DNA of 64,000 nt from an uncultured Rhodothermales bacterium. Its GTDB lineage: Bacteria; Bacteroidota; Rhodothermia; Rhodothermales; JABDKH01. Shown piece after piece: positions 49,129 to 58,727 of this stretch (positions are counted from its first letter, which is position 1; each line of letters opens with the position of its first letter). The notes under the pieces are model-generated. The model made no database searches. It saw nothing but the letters and a program-made list of their open reading frames with translations, and had not been told where the DNA came from. Where the stretch lies: positions 73,810-137,809 of the forward strand of contig CBDUKH010000001.1 of the NCBI GenBank assembly GCA_965367755.1, written 5' to 3'. Both the position numbers and the translations under genes were made by a program.

Positions 49129-50762
49129 TAATTAATTACAAAGGTTTGTTCCGCAGAGAATGATGATCCCACCATATCCGTGTCGACGGATTGTGCCGAC
49201 CAGTAATAGACCCCCGGCGGGAGGCCTTCCAGCCGCCACCCGGTATTGGACCCGGTATTTCCGGGGCGTACCACTAGTCGTTTTCCGCCAGGAAGAGAGA
49301 GAGGTGCCAGGACGTCGATTCCACCCGGAGTAGTACCCACACGTAAATTATAGGTGAGTGCAGACGACGGTGTCTCGTTGTCTGAACCGGCGCTCCACGA
49401 GAAGGTCACGGAAGATCCTGCTACGACGGCAGCTCCTGCCGTCGGTGGCGCCGGGGGTTGATTTGGTGGAATGGCTCCGATATTCCCATACAGTTTAGTA
49501 AAGTATTCACCCGCGAAGTCTTCTCCAGCGATCAGCAGATCGAGGTCGCCGTCCTCGTCAAAATCTGCCCAACTGGACATACTGTATCTAAGGCCATCGA
49601 CCGGTGAGGCGCCCAACCCGGCAGTATTGATACTGATGGCATTGAACAGTCCGCCTGTGTTTTCCTGTATAAGTGTACTAGGCGAACTGAACGGATGATT
49701 TAAACCACTGGCAATTGCATCCAGATCGCCATCCCTGTCATAGTCTATCCAGGAGGTTTCACCGTAATAAGCTTTGGTCAATGCCGCACCTGAGTCGGTA
49801 AGTTGTCCAGTGCCGTCGTTGATGAAAACAGTGGTCTTGCCTACAACTGAAAGGGGTGCCAGGACGCCGGCGGAAAGTATCATATCCTGATCTCCGTCGG
49901 CATCGAAATCACCCCAGTCCATAGACGAAAAAATTCCACCTGGAAGTTCGTCGGAAATCAGGCTGAAGTTGCCGGTCCCGTTGTTTCGGTATAGCTCGGT
50001 GACAAATGCACCACCGACTTTCATACCGGTAAGCGCGACGTCGAGGTCATAGTCACCATCGATATCAACAAATTGTGCGTCACCATACGCAACCGGACTG
50101 AATGGTATGGTCTGTTCTATGAAAGTCAGTTCATCGTTCGAAAACAATTTTATTGTGGGTTCACCGTTTGCATCCAATCCGGTGGCGAGAAGGTCTGCAT
50201 CTCCATCGTTGTCGTAATCACCCCAGGCTACGGAACCGCTGTGTAGTCCTTCGAACTCAAACACAGGATCGAAGCGACCAATTTGTCCGCTCGGTACGAA
50301 TTCATAGATGACGCCGGTCGGAGCGTATGGTGGATCCAGCGAAGAAGCTCCGATGATTGCGAGATCCAGGTCACCGTCGCCATCAATGTCCTCCCATGAG
50401 GAATCGCTTAACCAGACCGGGTCGATGAGCGAGCCGCGTATAAAGTCAAAACGCGGAGGTGGCGGAGGGAAGTCGTTGAAGTCCACTCGAATATTTCGAT
50501 AGATGGCTCCAAAGATGGGAAGGAAGCCCCCGGCTACACTCTCAAGCCGACCCGTTATAACGAAGTCGATGTGAGAATCCGCATTGTAATCACCCCACTC
50601 AATCGCTCCGAACGCAACCTGCACGGACGGGTCGATACCCGTAGCATTGCCAGGAATGTTTGGTGCTGGGACTGCAAAAGGTTGCGCGACAGAACTATCC
50701 GCCGTCAGTATCGAAAAAATGGCAAGAACGACCAGGGATACTAGCCGAGATGGCAAATACAT
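49128..50762 (-). CDS. FG-GAP/VCBS repeat protein with FnIII-like domain, no sorting domain
   Basis: WGDYDNDGDAD-type repeats, YNLRVGTTPG, YYWSAQSVD; signal peptide. Confidence 0.9.
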   Translation of the reverse strand: MYLPSRLVSLVVLAIFSILTADSSVAQPFAVPAPNIPGNATGIDPSVQVAFGAIEWGDYNADSHIDFVITGRLESVAGGFLPIFGAIYRNIRVDFNDFPPPPPRFDFIRGSLIDPVWLSDSSWEDIDGDGDLDLAIIGASSLDPPYAPTGVIYEFVPSGQIGRFDPVFEFEGLHSGSVAWGDYDNDGDADLLATGLDANGEPTIKLFSNDELTFIEQTIPFSPVAYGDAQFVDIDGDYDLDVALTGMKVGGAFVTELYRNNGTGNFSLISDELPGGIFSSMDWGDFDADGDQDMILSAGVLAPLSVVGKTTVFINDGTGQLTDSGAALTKAYYGETSWIDYDRDGDLDAIASGLNHPFSSPSTLIQENTGGLFNAISINTAGLGASPVDGLRYSMSSWADFDEDGDLDLLIAGEDFAGEYFTKLYGNIGAIPPNQPPAPPTAGAAVVAGSSVTFSWSAGSDNETPSSALTYNLRVGTTPGGIDVLAPLSLPGGKRLVVRPGNTGSNTGWRLEGLPPGVYYWSAQSVDTDMVGSSFSAEQTFVIN

Positions 50763-50851
50763 GAAGTCAGAAATGATTGATTGATGACGGCCGAAAATAG
50801 AAGACGTACACGCACTTTAACAGTCAAATATGCATGTACTCGTTTAATTCA

Positions 50852-51592
50852 TCAGACCACCGCACCCTCTTCGGCTTTTCTGATCAACGCTTCTGCCTGT
50901 TCCTTACCCAGATAGGCATCCATCAGATGATGTGCCCCATATATAATTGGTGTTGCCACTACTGCCACCGCAAATTTATATCCGTAATTGAACAGCGTAA
51001 TTGCTACGATTTGAGACACAGACATCTGCCCTCCGAATGCGATCGCCAGCACAAGAAATGTGTCCAGAAATTGAGAACCGAATGTTGATCCGGTAGCTCG
51101 CAACCAGAGATGACGTCCATTAGTCTTCCTTCGCAGCCAATGGAATAAAGATATATCTGCAAGCTGACCAATGATGTAAGCAATTAGACTAGCAATGATA
51201 ATTTTTCCTGAAGCGCCGAAGACAACTTCGAACGCTGGTCCGGGTACGGGAGATATTTCTGCAGTCGGCACGACTCGCGCGATGTAAATAATGCCAAACT
51301 CGAAGATGATCATGGCCATCCCCAGCAACGTAACAAAGCGAATCCCTTTAACGCCGTAGTATTCGTTCAAGAGATCGGTGACAATAAATGTTATTGGAAA
51401 AGCTATAACACCTGCCGTCATTATCACGCTCGAGAACTCGTTACCCAGGATTGTGACCGAGAATGGAAGGTCGAAGACAGTGAAAAGCTTGCTTGCCGTA
51501 GCCTCGGCTACTACGAGCGCCGTGATAAAGATCGCCGCGCACACTGTAAAAAGTTTCTGAGGCCGACTTAGGACGTAGAACTGTGAATTCAT
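50852..51592 (-). CDS. yhhQ: Queuosine precursor transporter (YhhQ/VUT family)
   Basis: FPITFIVTDLLNEYYG, ASLIAY-x-x-GQ, LRATGST...Q-x-LDT. Confidence 0.85.
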   Translation of the reverse strand: MNSQFYVLSRPQKLFTVCAAIFITALVVAEATASKLFTVFDLPFSVTILGNEFSSVIMTAGVIAFPITFIVTDLLNEYYGVKGIRFVTLLGMAMIIFEFGIIYIARVVPTAEISPVPGPAFEVVFGASGKIIIASLIAYIIGQLADISLFHWLRRKTNGRHLWLRATGSTFGSQFLDTFLVLAIAFGGQMSVSQIVAITLFNYGYKFAVAVVATPIIYGAHHLMDAYLGKEQAEALIRKAEEGAVV

Positions 51593-51755
51593 ATCTCGAA
51601 TAGGGTTTCTACAAAATAGCAAACTACACTATCAGGATGATAGAGCGCACAAGAAGTGATTCAGGGTACCGCCGGTTTGTGTGATTTTGCCGGTGGGATT
51701 GTTCGAATGCGATGCCTTCGAGGTTGTTCTCCAGAAGCGGCACTTGCGGCATTCC

Positions 51756-52805
51756 TTATATGGCCGGGTTTGAGATACGGGACGTAGGCGATTCAGCGAA
51801 CCTCAAGTCGAAGGCAAATGTTGAACCCTTCCCGGGAGTACTTTCAATTTTCAACCGCTGATTGTGGGCCGCGAGTACATGTTTAACGATCGACAGCCCG
51901 AGCCCGGACCCGCCAAGCCCGCGGGAGCGACTTCGATCGACCCGAAAGAATCGCTCGGTAAGCCTGTCTATATGCTCCTGCGATATTCCGATCCCGTTGT
52001 CGACGACTGAGACCCTGACATGTCGTTCATCGAGCGAGCGGGCAACTATCTCCGTACGGCCTCCAGAAAGAGTGTATTTGATTGCGTTCTCTGCGAGATT
52101 CCGAATGACCTGATGGATTCGTTCTTTATCGCCGTAGACCTGTTTCAAGTTTTTTTCGACCCGGTAGTTCAATTGAATATTTCCGGATCGAGACATTGGC
52201 TCTAATTGCTCAGCCACGTCTTTGATAACGGAACCCAGGTCGAAGTGAACCATCTCCATCCGAAGCTCGCCGGTCTCAATCCGGGTGATGGCATTCAGAT
52301 CTTCGGCGAGCGCACCGAGGCGGTCTGCATTCTGTATAATTTTTTCCAGAAAGGAAATCTGTACGTCGGGGTCGTCCATCGCCCCATCGATAAGAGTCTC
52401 TGCGAATCCTCTAACGGCAAAGATCGGCGTCTTTAGTTCGTGTGAGATATCTCCAAGGAAGTCCCTGCGATACGACTCTATTTTTCGCAGCGCAGTGACG
52501 TTGTCACGTACTGACACAGCGACAATGGAAACGTGCTGGTTCAGGTGATCGATTTCATCCCCGGCTGATTCGGGTAGCGGAGCAAATGAATCTGCTTCGC
52601 TGATAGAGTCCACAAGCCGCGTTACGCGGGAGAGACGCCGAGCGACCAACCGATCGCTGAGAAAATAGACTCCTGTACCGACGATTACTGTCGTAACAGC
52701 AACTGAGACAAACGCGTTGTCAGGAGTGAGAAACACGACTGCAATTGAGGCAATTACAGCCAGTGCGCTTGCTGTCAGTGCAATTTTGCCTGAAATCCGC
52801 GACAT
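51756..52805 (-). CDS. PhoR-like sensor histidine kinase
   Basis: H-box SHELKTP, N-box NLAENAIKY, DNGIG, GSGLGL; two N-terminal TMs and a HAMP-like segment. Confidence 0.92.
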   Translation of the reverse strand: MSRISGKIALTASALAVIASIAVVFLTPDNAFVSVAVTTVIVGTGVYFLSDRLVARRLSRVTRLVDSISEADSFAPLPESAGDEIDHLNQHVSIVAVSVRDNVTALRKIESYRRDFLGDISHELKTPIFAVRGFAETLIDGAMDDPDVQISFLEKIIQNADRLGALAEDLNAITRIETGELRMEMVHFDLGSVIKDVAEQLEPMSRSGNIQLNYRVEKNLKQVYGDKERIHQVIRNLAENAIKYTLSGGRTEIVARSLDERHVRVSVVDNGIGISQEHIDRLTERFFRVDRSRSRGLGGSGLGLSIVKHVLAAHNQRLKIESTPGKGSTFAFDLRFAESPTSRISNPAI

Positions 52806-52832
52806 GCACGATTTGTGGTCGATGACTGAGTG

Positions 52833-53531
52833 CTAGTGATCTTCAGCGAAGCGATAACCAACGCCTTTCACGGTTTCAATATAGTCATCACCCAGTTTCT
52901 CACGGATCTTTCTGACATGAACGTCTACAGTACGGTCAACCACATAGACATCCTGGCCCCAGACTTCGTCCAGAATTTCCTGACGCGAGAATACTCGACC
53001 GGGATGCGTTGCGAGGTAAAAGAGCAAGTCGAATTCTTTGCGAGGCAGCCGGAGTTTCTCTTCAGCCTCGCCCTGGTTGCGCATGACTATGTATCTCGAT
53101 CTGTCTACGACGATATTCCTCAGCTTGAGTACCGGTGGCGTTTTTTTCTCGCGAGAATTAGTACGCAGTAATGCTCGAATTTGCGAGAACATAACAGGAA
53201 GCGAGACCGGTTTAGCGAGGTAGGCATCGGCACCCACATCCAGGCCCTGCACATGAGCGGATTCGCCAGCTTTGGCTGTCAGCATCAGGATGAGTGTGGA
53301 CGCCAGTTGGTCGTGCTGTCGGAGCCGTCGACAACACTCAATACCATCCATGACCGGCATCATAATATCGAGTATGATCAGGTCGGGCTTAGTTGCTTCA
53401 GCTTTTGTTAAGGCTTCGCTGCCGTTCTGGGCCTCGACGACATCGTATCCTTCAGTCTTTAGATTATAAGACAGGAGTGCGCGGATGTCGGGTTCATCAT
53501 CTACGAGCAAAATCTTTTTCTTTATGCTCAT
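52833..53531 (-). CDS. OmpR/PhoB-family response regulator
   Basis: LVDDE, LDIMMP, LTA, KP, RTVDVH-x-RKIREK, TVKGVGY. Confidence 0.95.
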   Translation of the reverse strand: MSIKKKILLVDDEPDIRALLSYNLKTEGYDVVEAQNGSEALTKAEATKPDLIILDIMMPVMDGIECCRRLRQHDQLASTLILMLTAKAGESAHVQGLDVGADAYLAKPVSLPVMFSQIRALLRTNSREKKTPPVLKLRNIVVDRSRYIVMRNQGEAEEKLRLPRKEFDLLFYLATHPGRVFSRQEILDEVWGQDVYVVDRTVDVHVRKIREKLGDDYIETVKGVGYRFAEDH

Positions 53532-53594
53532 TTTCCGGAGTACCGGGCTGGTTTTTCTGCAGAACTATAAAGCTACGGATTAAACGATGTGATC

Positions 53595-53613
53595 TCGTTA
53601 AGCTAATATTAAC
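53595..53613 (-). promoter_or_regulatory. Candidate OmpR/Pho-box-type direct repeat upstream of the response regulator
   Basis: Minus strand GTTAATAT-tag-CTTAACGA, TTAA cores 11 bp apart. Confidence 0.35.
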
Positions 53614-53651
53614 GTTTGTCGTATTGGTCTGTCATTGAGGAAAAACCTGCA

Positions 53652-53870
53652 TTATTCTGAGTTGTTCTCGGGTACATCTTCGACAATGTGGTCAAAGGCC
53701 GTTTCTCCGGTTCGTAGCATTTCATTGATATAGGGATGGCAGAGGTGACATTTTAGCCCGAAGTCGACTTCCTCCTGCAATTCATTTATCGAGTGAAGAT
53801 TGTATTGGTAGGCCAGGGCCTTCAGCTCTTCGAAGGTCTTGTCGAAACAGTAGCATCGATCAATATTCAT
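53652..53870 (-). CDS. BFD-like [2Fe-2S] protein
   Basis: C6-x-C8-x32-C41-x2-C44 spacing. Confidence 0.82.
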   Translation of the reverse strand: MNIDRCYCFDKTFEELKALAYQYNLHSINELQEEVDFGLKCHLCHPYINEMLRTGETAFDHIVEDVPENNSE

Positions 53871-53878
53871 CGATTGGA

Positions 53879-54973
53879 TTACCTCGTTTCGCGGACAAGC
53901 AGGATTTGCGCTGGAGCGATTCCAGCGGCAAACGATCCAGTCTGGGTTCCGTCTCGCTCGTGAATCGTTACTGAGCCATTCTGCGCAAACCCGGGGACAC
54001 GTCCCAGATACAATTTTTCCGTAAGGTCGTCGTACGCAATTGCCCCAATTGGACTTCCAGAAATCGTCATCTCATCAACTATGAGATTGCTTCTGGTATC
54101 GAATCGAAGTACCGTATTACCATCGCGAACCAGGAAGATCTCATTCGTGTTCGGGGAGTGAAATACGCTTAGACCAATGCCACCTGCAGTCTGTATTTTT
54201 CCTGTGATTGTAATGCGTTCTACCTCCGTTATGGTGGCTCCGTCAAATACCACTATCTCGCCGTCGAGCTCTTCAACAGGATTAAAGTTTTCGTCATAGA
54301 TAGTGGCACCCGAGCACGCTACAACAACCTCAACGTCGGAATCGAGCACCATAAACTGCGGCCCGAAGCAATTCATTTCTATCGTTGCAATGACAGCTTC
54401 AGTGAGCTGGTCAATCATCGATATGGTTGTACCCTCTCCGAACGATGTATTTGCTACAAAGAGTCTCGGTCCAACAGAAATTATTCCCTCGGGATTGGGG
54501 CCGACGTTTACAGTGTCAGCAACTGTATTCGTGTCGAGATTGATGATTGTAATACTTCCTCCGCTGAATGACGTCGGCGAGTCAAAGAGGTTCGTTATGT
54601 AACCAACATTGCCCCCGTTCGTCGTCATATATCGCGGGCTTGCGACATCTTGTATCTGTCCTATTCGGGCACCGGTGGCCAGACTGAAAATGTCAACTCG
54701 AGATGCGCTGTTTGCCATGGCGTACAGTGTATCGCCCTTTGCAAAAATACTCTGGATAATCGATCCGAAATTGTCCGCAAATGTCGACGATGTCGAGGTC
54801 GATGGATCGTATGCAGTAATTGACCCGGTGCCTTCGCTGAAGTTGCCCTGATTGGCGACCAGGATGCTGGCCGTAACCAGTTGATCTTCCGGGTTCGAAC
54901 CGTCGCATGCCGACAGCAACAGGAAGCACGCGCTGAAAAGTACTGCAACGGCGTATCGAGCAATCATATTCAT
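53879..54973 (-). CDS. YncE-type beta-propeller surface lipoprotein (BtuG-like B12 capture)
   Basis: Lipobox LSAC, ANQGNF, SPRYM, VGPNPEG; directly downstream of btuB. Confidence 0.8.
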   Translation of the reverse strand: MNMIARYAVAVLFSACFLLLSACDGSNPEDQLVTASILVANQGNFSEGTGSITAYDPSTSTSSTFADNFGSIIQSIFAKGDTLYAMANSASRVDIFSLATGARIGQIQDVASPRYMTTNGGNVGYITNLFDSPTSFSGGSITIINLDTNTVADTVNVGPNPEGIISVGPRLFVANTSFGEGTTISMIDQLTEAVIATIEMNCFGPQFMVLDSDVEVVVACSGATIYDENFNPVEELDGEIVVFDGATITEVERITITGKIQTAGGIGLSVFHSPNTNEIFLVRDGNTVLRFDTRSNLIVDEMTISGSPIGAIAYDDLTEKLYLGRVPGFAQNGSVTIHERDGTQTGSFAAGIAPAQILLVRETR

Positions 54974-54982
54974 CCTTCTACT

Positions 54983-56887
54983 CTAGATTTTGATACTTAT
55001 TCCAAATTCGTAATTCCTGCCGGGCATTGGGTAGCCACTAATCAGTGCATACCGAGTCCCGAAGATGTTGTTAATCCTCGCGATTCCTGTCATCGTATTA
55101 TCCCACACTGTAATCACGCGTTGGTACTCAAGGTCGAGTGTCGCAAATTCCGGAATAGATTGCATTTCGTCGGATGTGACGAATCTGGCACTACTTACTT
55201 GACCGGCAATGGATACACTATTGTCAAGCAAGGTGCCCCGCAGAAAGTAGCTACCCGACTGGCGTGGGATATACCTGAGTTGTTTGCCGTAAGTAGACGA
55301 CGCCGGATCGCTTCTGTCAGTCGCCACAGTAATATTGTAGTGAACGTTTCCAGTGATCTGTAGATCTCCTACAACTTTCGACAATTGCATGGAAGATTCG
55401 AGCCCTTTATTGCTGACCGATCCAACATTGGACGGCGTCCAAATAGAGTTCTGACCGGGTCGCCATTCAATCTGGTCACGGACCTTCGTCAAATAGCCCG
55501 TCAGTTCGAGTTTGACCAAAGCCGTACTAACAAAAATGCCCGCGTCGATTCCCCAACCACTTTCCGGTTTGAGCTCACGATTCCCGACAGCACCAACACC
55601 CGTCCAGAACCTGTCATTGAAGGTTGGTACGCTTGACGACCTTCCCACCGAGCTTTTTAGACGGACGCGGCCGGACGAATTGAGCGCCACATTGATTCCG
55701 GCCCTTGGGCTCACTATCTGCCACGTGCTGCTGTCAACGAGTTGATATCGGTCGTAGCGCAAAGACGAATTGAAAACGAGTCTCGACAGAAAACTTTCGG
55801 TCGATAGATACACTGCCTCCGCGAATTCTGATTCGACGTCTGCAAGCGATGGATGTCGTGCAGTCGTGCGTTGGACAGAGCCTCCAAGAACGATCTGATT
55901 CTTCGCCGTTGTTCTCAGCATCTGTTGCTCCAGGCTAGCCACGGACGTGATTCCAAGATCATTTATTGCTCGAACCGGATTTGTGTATCGTATTCCGTAT
56001 CGCTGAATCGACAGTTTAGACAGTGTCTTGAGGTTGCCTCCTATGCGAAAGGCCTGGCGGGCCCAGATTCGCAGATTAGAATCACGTTGTTCTTCATTTG
56101 CCGGGGTCGCTCCAACGCTTCCAGGCAATCCTCGTGATGTAGTCGAAACGGCCACGCCAACTGTCGGGAGGTTTGCGTCGAAGGCCACTCGAGCTACTAT
56201 TTCGTGACCCGTTCTATTCGCGTTTTCCCTGCGGACGGACTCGGCCGGGAAGCGTGTGTCATCAAGGAAACGGAAATCTCCTGCGACCGAATTATACAGG
56301 TAGGAGAGGTCTACCGATGCTCCAGTTCCGACATAATGAGAGCTGAAGCCTGTCGAAAGTTTACCGAAAGAACCTGCGCCAACCTTGATCGATGTTGTCG
56401 TACTCTTGAATCGCGCGGGCTCGATACTGACTACGCCCGAAGCTGCATGTCCGCCCAACCACGACGACCCCGAGCCATGAATCACTTGCACCGTTCCGAG
56501 CCCCATTGTGCCGAACAGCGACACGTCAAGTTCACCCAGCTGGGGATTGATCAATTGGACGCCATCGTAGACGAGCGCAACTTGCGATGTCGTACCTCCT
56601 CGAATACTGATGGAGGACAGCCCTGCCGGTCCATAGTTTCGGATGTTGATTCCGGCGTGGTATTTAAGGATGTCGGCGACATCGTTAACTAATGGCGACG
56701 CGTCGCCGACTGGTACCGTCGTGATTCTTGCCGTTGCGTCTTTGGAAACCGCAGGGAGACGGGCGTCGGTCACTACAATCTCTGGCAGGACGACAGTTGA
56801 GTCGGCTGACTGACCTGATACCGTTGCTAAACACATGTGCGATGCGAAGAGCAGGAAGAATAAAAATATGTGCCGGTCCTTGAACAA
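54983..56887 (-). CDS. btuB: TonB-dependent cobalamin receptor
   Basis: LPEIVVT, plug SISIRGG...DG...GEL, P-x-FNDRFW...GN-x-ELKPE, barrel end MPGRNY; under a cobalamin riboswitch. Start proposed at TTG 56887 (MFKDRHIFLFFLL signal peptide). Confidence 0.87.
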   Translation of the reverse strand: MFKDRHIFLFFLLFASHMCLATVSGQSADSTVVLPEIVVTDARLPAVSKDATARITTVPVGDASPLVNDVADILKYHAGINIRNYGPAGLSSISIRGGTTSQVALVYDGVQLINPQLGELDVSLFGTMGLGTVQVIHGSGSSWLGGHAASGVVSIEPARFKSTTTSIKVGAGSFGKLSTGFSSHYVGTGASVDLSYLYNSVAGDFRFLDDTRFPAESVRRENANRTGHEIVARVAFDANLPTVGVAVSTTSRGLPGSVGATPANEEQRDSNLRIWARQAFRIGGNLKTLSKLSIQRYGIRYTNPVRAINDLGITSVASLEQQMLRTTAKNQIVLGGSVQRTTARHPSLADVESEFAEAVYLSTESFLSRLVFNSSLRYDRYQLVDSSTWQIVSPRAGINVALNSSGRVRLKSSVGRSSSVPTFNDRFWTGVGAVGNRELKPESGWGIDAGIFVSTALVKLELTGYLTKVRDQIEWRPGQNSIWTPSNVGSVSNKGLESSMQLSKVVGDLQITGNVHYNITVATDRSDPASSTYGKQLRYIPRQSGSYFLRGTLLDNSVSIAGQVSSARFVTSDEMQSIPEFATLDLEYQRVITVWDNTMTGIARINNIFGTRYALISGYPMPGRNYEFGISIKI

Positions 56888-56920
56888 AAAAAGCCCTGAT
56901 CCGGAAACGGAGATCAAGGC
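56886..56920 (-). terminator. Attenuator/sequestering hairpin of the B12 riboswitch expression platform
   Basis: Minus strand GCCTTGATCT...GGATCAGGGC (10 bp with G:U) followed by T7. Confidence 0.7.
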
Positions 56921-56975
56921 TTACAATATGCGACGATCACACGAGACCTCAATTCCCGGAGGTTGATGATTTCGA

Positions 56976-57172
56976 ATACGGCAGGTCTCCTGACTCGAAG
57001 AGTTTTTACTTGTCGCCTTCAAATGTGATATGCCTTCCCGGATTAACATCCAGTGGCAAACCACGAGTACGACACTCTTCCTACAGTTGCGGGTACAGTC
57101 TCGGATTTGCCCTCAGGCGCACCGAATTCCCTATTAATCCAGCCAGATTGCTATGGCGGAACCGCGTTCGTT
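56976..57172 (-). ncRNA. Cobalamin (AdoCbl) riboswitch
   Basis: Minus strand GGTTCC...TAATAGGGAATTCGGTG...AAATCCGAGACTGTACCCGCAACTGT...GCCACTG...GGGAAG...GAGTCAGGAGACCTGCC: all conserved B12-box elements in order, upstream of btuB. Confidence 0.96.
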
Positions 57173-57240
57173 ATATAAAGAACTTCCAATAGATACGTAC
57201 TGCCGTGGAGACATTCCATCTCCACACACAATATTAATTG

Positions 57241-58638
57241 CTAAAGTTCGAATGACGCCCCAAAATCAGGAATATTGATTTTGTCGTACCCTTTGTTTCG
57301 AAGGGCTGTCTCGAAGAGCTGCTGGCGCTCGTACGCTCCATGGACGAGGAAGATTTTTTTGAACCGATCTTTGTCCATTTTGCTGATGAAATCTATCATC
57401 CCCGGCTCATCGGCATGTGCGGAGTAGTTGTTCATCACGACGACGTCCGCTCGTAGCGTGTACTCTTCGCCGAATATCCTGACCTGAGGGTCCTTATCAA
57501 TTAAACGTTTGCCAAGGGTGTGATCTGCGCAGTATCCGACCATGATGACTGTGTTCCGATCGTCCTCCACATTGTTCTTCAGGTGATGCAAGATTCGTCC
57601 TGCTTCGCACATCCCAGAGGCCGAGATGATCACCATCGGGACACGCATCTGATTCAGCTCCTTCGACTTCTCGACATCACGCACGTAGGTCAAGCGCTCA
57701 AACCCGAACGGGTTCTCGTCAGTAATCATGTATGTCATCAGGTCCGAGTCAAAACATTCGGGATGTGAGAGATACACGCCTGTTGCACGCACTGCGAGTG
57801 GACTATCTACGTAGGACGGTATGGGTGGCAGCTTGCCTTCGTTCCATAGCTGATCAAGCGCGTAAACAATTTCCTGTGTACGTCCGACGGCAAACGACGG
57901 AATGATTACTTTACCGCCGCGGGCACTGGTTCGCGAGACAACTTCAGCAAGCTTCTTCTTGGCCTCTGACGACGGCTCATGTACGCGCCCGCCGTATGTA
58001 GACTCGGAGATTAGATAATCGCAGTCTGCCATCACGTCCGGGTCTTTCAAAATTGGTCGGCCCGGATTTCCTATATCTCCGGTGAAACCGATCTTTGTCG
58101 TCTTACCGTTTTCCACAATTGTCAGATTGATCGAGGCAGCACCGAGTATATGTCCGGCATCCCTGAATTCAAATGTCACTCCTTCGGCCGGCGAGAATGG
58201 TGTCCGGTACGGGATACCGACGAAGTGCTGCAGGACATCTTCGGCATCCTTCATCTTGTACAGTGGCTCGACACGTTCCTCGCCTTTGCGCTTGCGGATC
58301 TTGTTCGCAAACTTGACATCTTTTTCCTGGATGTGCGCACTGTCCATTAGCATCAAACTGCAGAGACTGTAGGTCGCGTGCGTGCAGTAGATTCTGCCAC
58401 GAAAACCATCGCTATACAACTTGGGAAGTAGTCCCGAGTGGTCAATGTGGGCGTGAGACAGAATTACAAAGTCAATCTCGGACGGATTGAACAGGAAGTT
58501 TCGGTTCTTCTCGTATGCTTCAGATCGGCGTCCTTGATAAAGGCCACAGTCGAGGAGAATCTTGGTTCCTGAGTTCAGCTCGATAAGATGTTTCGAGCCG
58601 GTGACGGTTCGTGCCGCCCCACAGAACGTAAGCTTCAT
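57241..58638 (-). CDS. MBL-fold beta-CASP nuclease (YSH1/RNA-specificity type)
   Basis: LSHAHIDHSG, AGHILG, FTGDIG, ESTYG, FAVGRTQE, SAHAD, LVHG. Confidence 0.93.
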   Translation of the reverse strand: MKLTFCGAARTVTGSKHLIELNSGTKILLDCGLYQGRRSEAYEKNRNFLFNPSEIDFVILSHAHIDHSGLLPKLYSDGFRGRIYCTHATYSLCSLMLMDSAHIQEKDVKFANKIRKRKGEERVEPLYKMKDAEDVLQHFVGIPYRTPFSPAEGVTFEFRDAGHILGAASINLTIVENGKTTKIGFTGDIGNPGRPILKDPDVMADCDYLISESTYGGRVHEPSSEAKKKLAEVVSRTSARGGKVIIPSFAVGRTQEIVYALDQLWNEGKLPPIPSYVDSPLAVRATGVYLSHPECFDSDLMTYMITDENPFGFERLTYVRDVEKSKELNQMRVPMVIISASGMCEAGRILHHLKNNVEDDRNTVIMVGYCADHTLGKRLIDKDPQVRIFGEEYTLRADVVVMNNYSAHADEPGMIDFISKMDKDRFKKIFLVHGAYERQQLFETALRNKGYDKINIPDFGASFEL

Positions 58639-58727
58639 GCCTTCCGGGTTTCATTTCTGATTATTATGCCGACGGAAAATCGACATTATCTCTCATATTA
58701 TGAAACTCTACCGGATGTGGAAGCGAA

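Noticed and set aside
51593-51755. Possible preQ1 riboswitch upstream of yhhQ; partial FMN-like ACCGGCGGT
   Set aside because: No preQ1 stem plus A-rich tail pattern and no other RFN elements.
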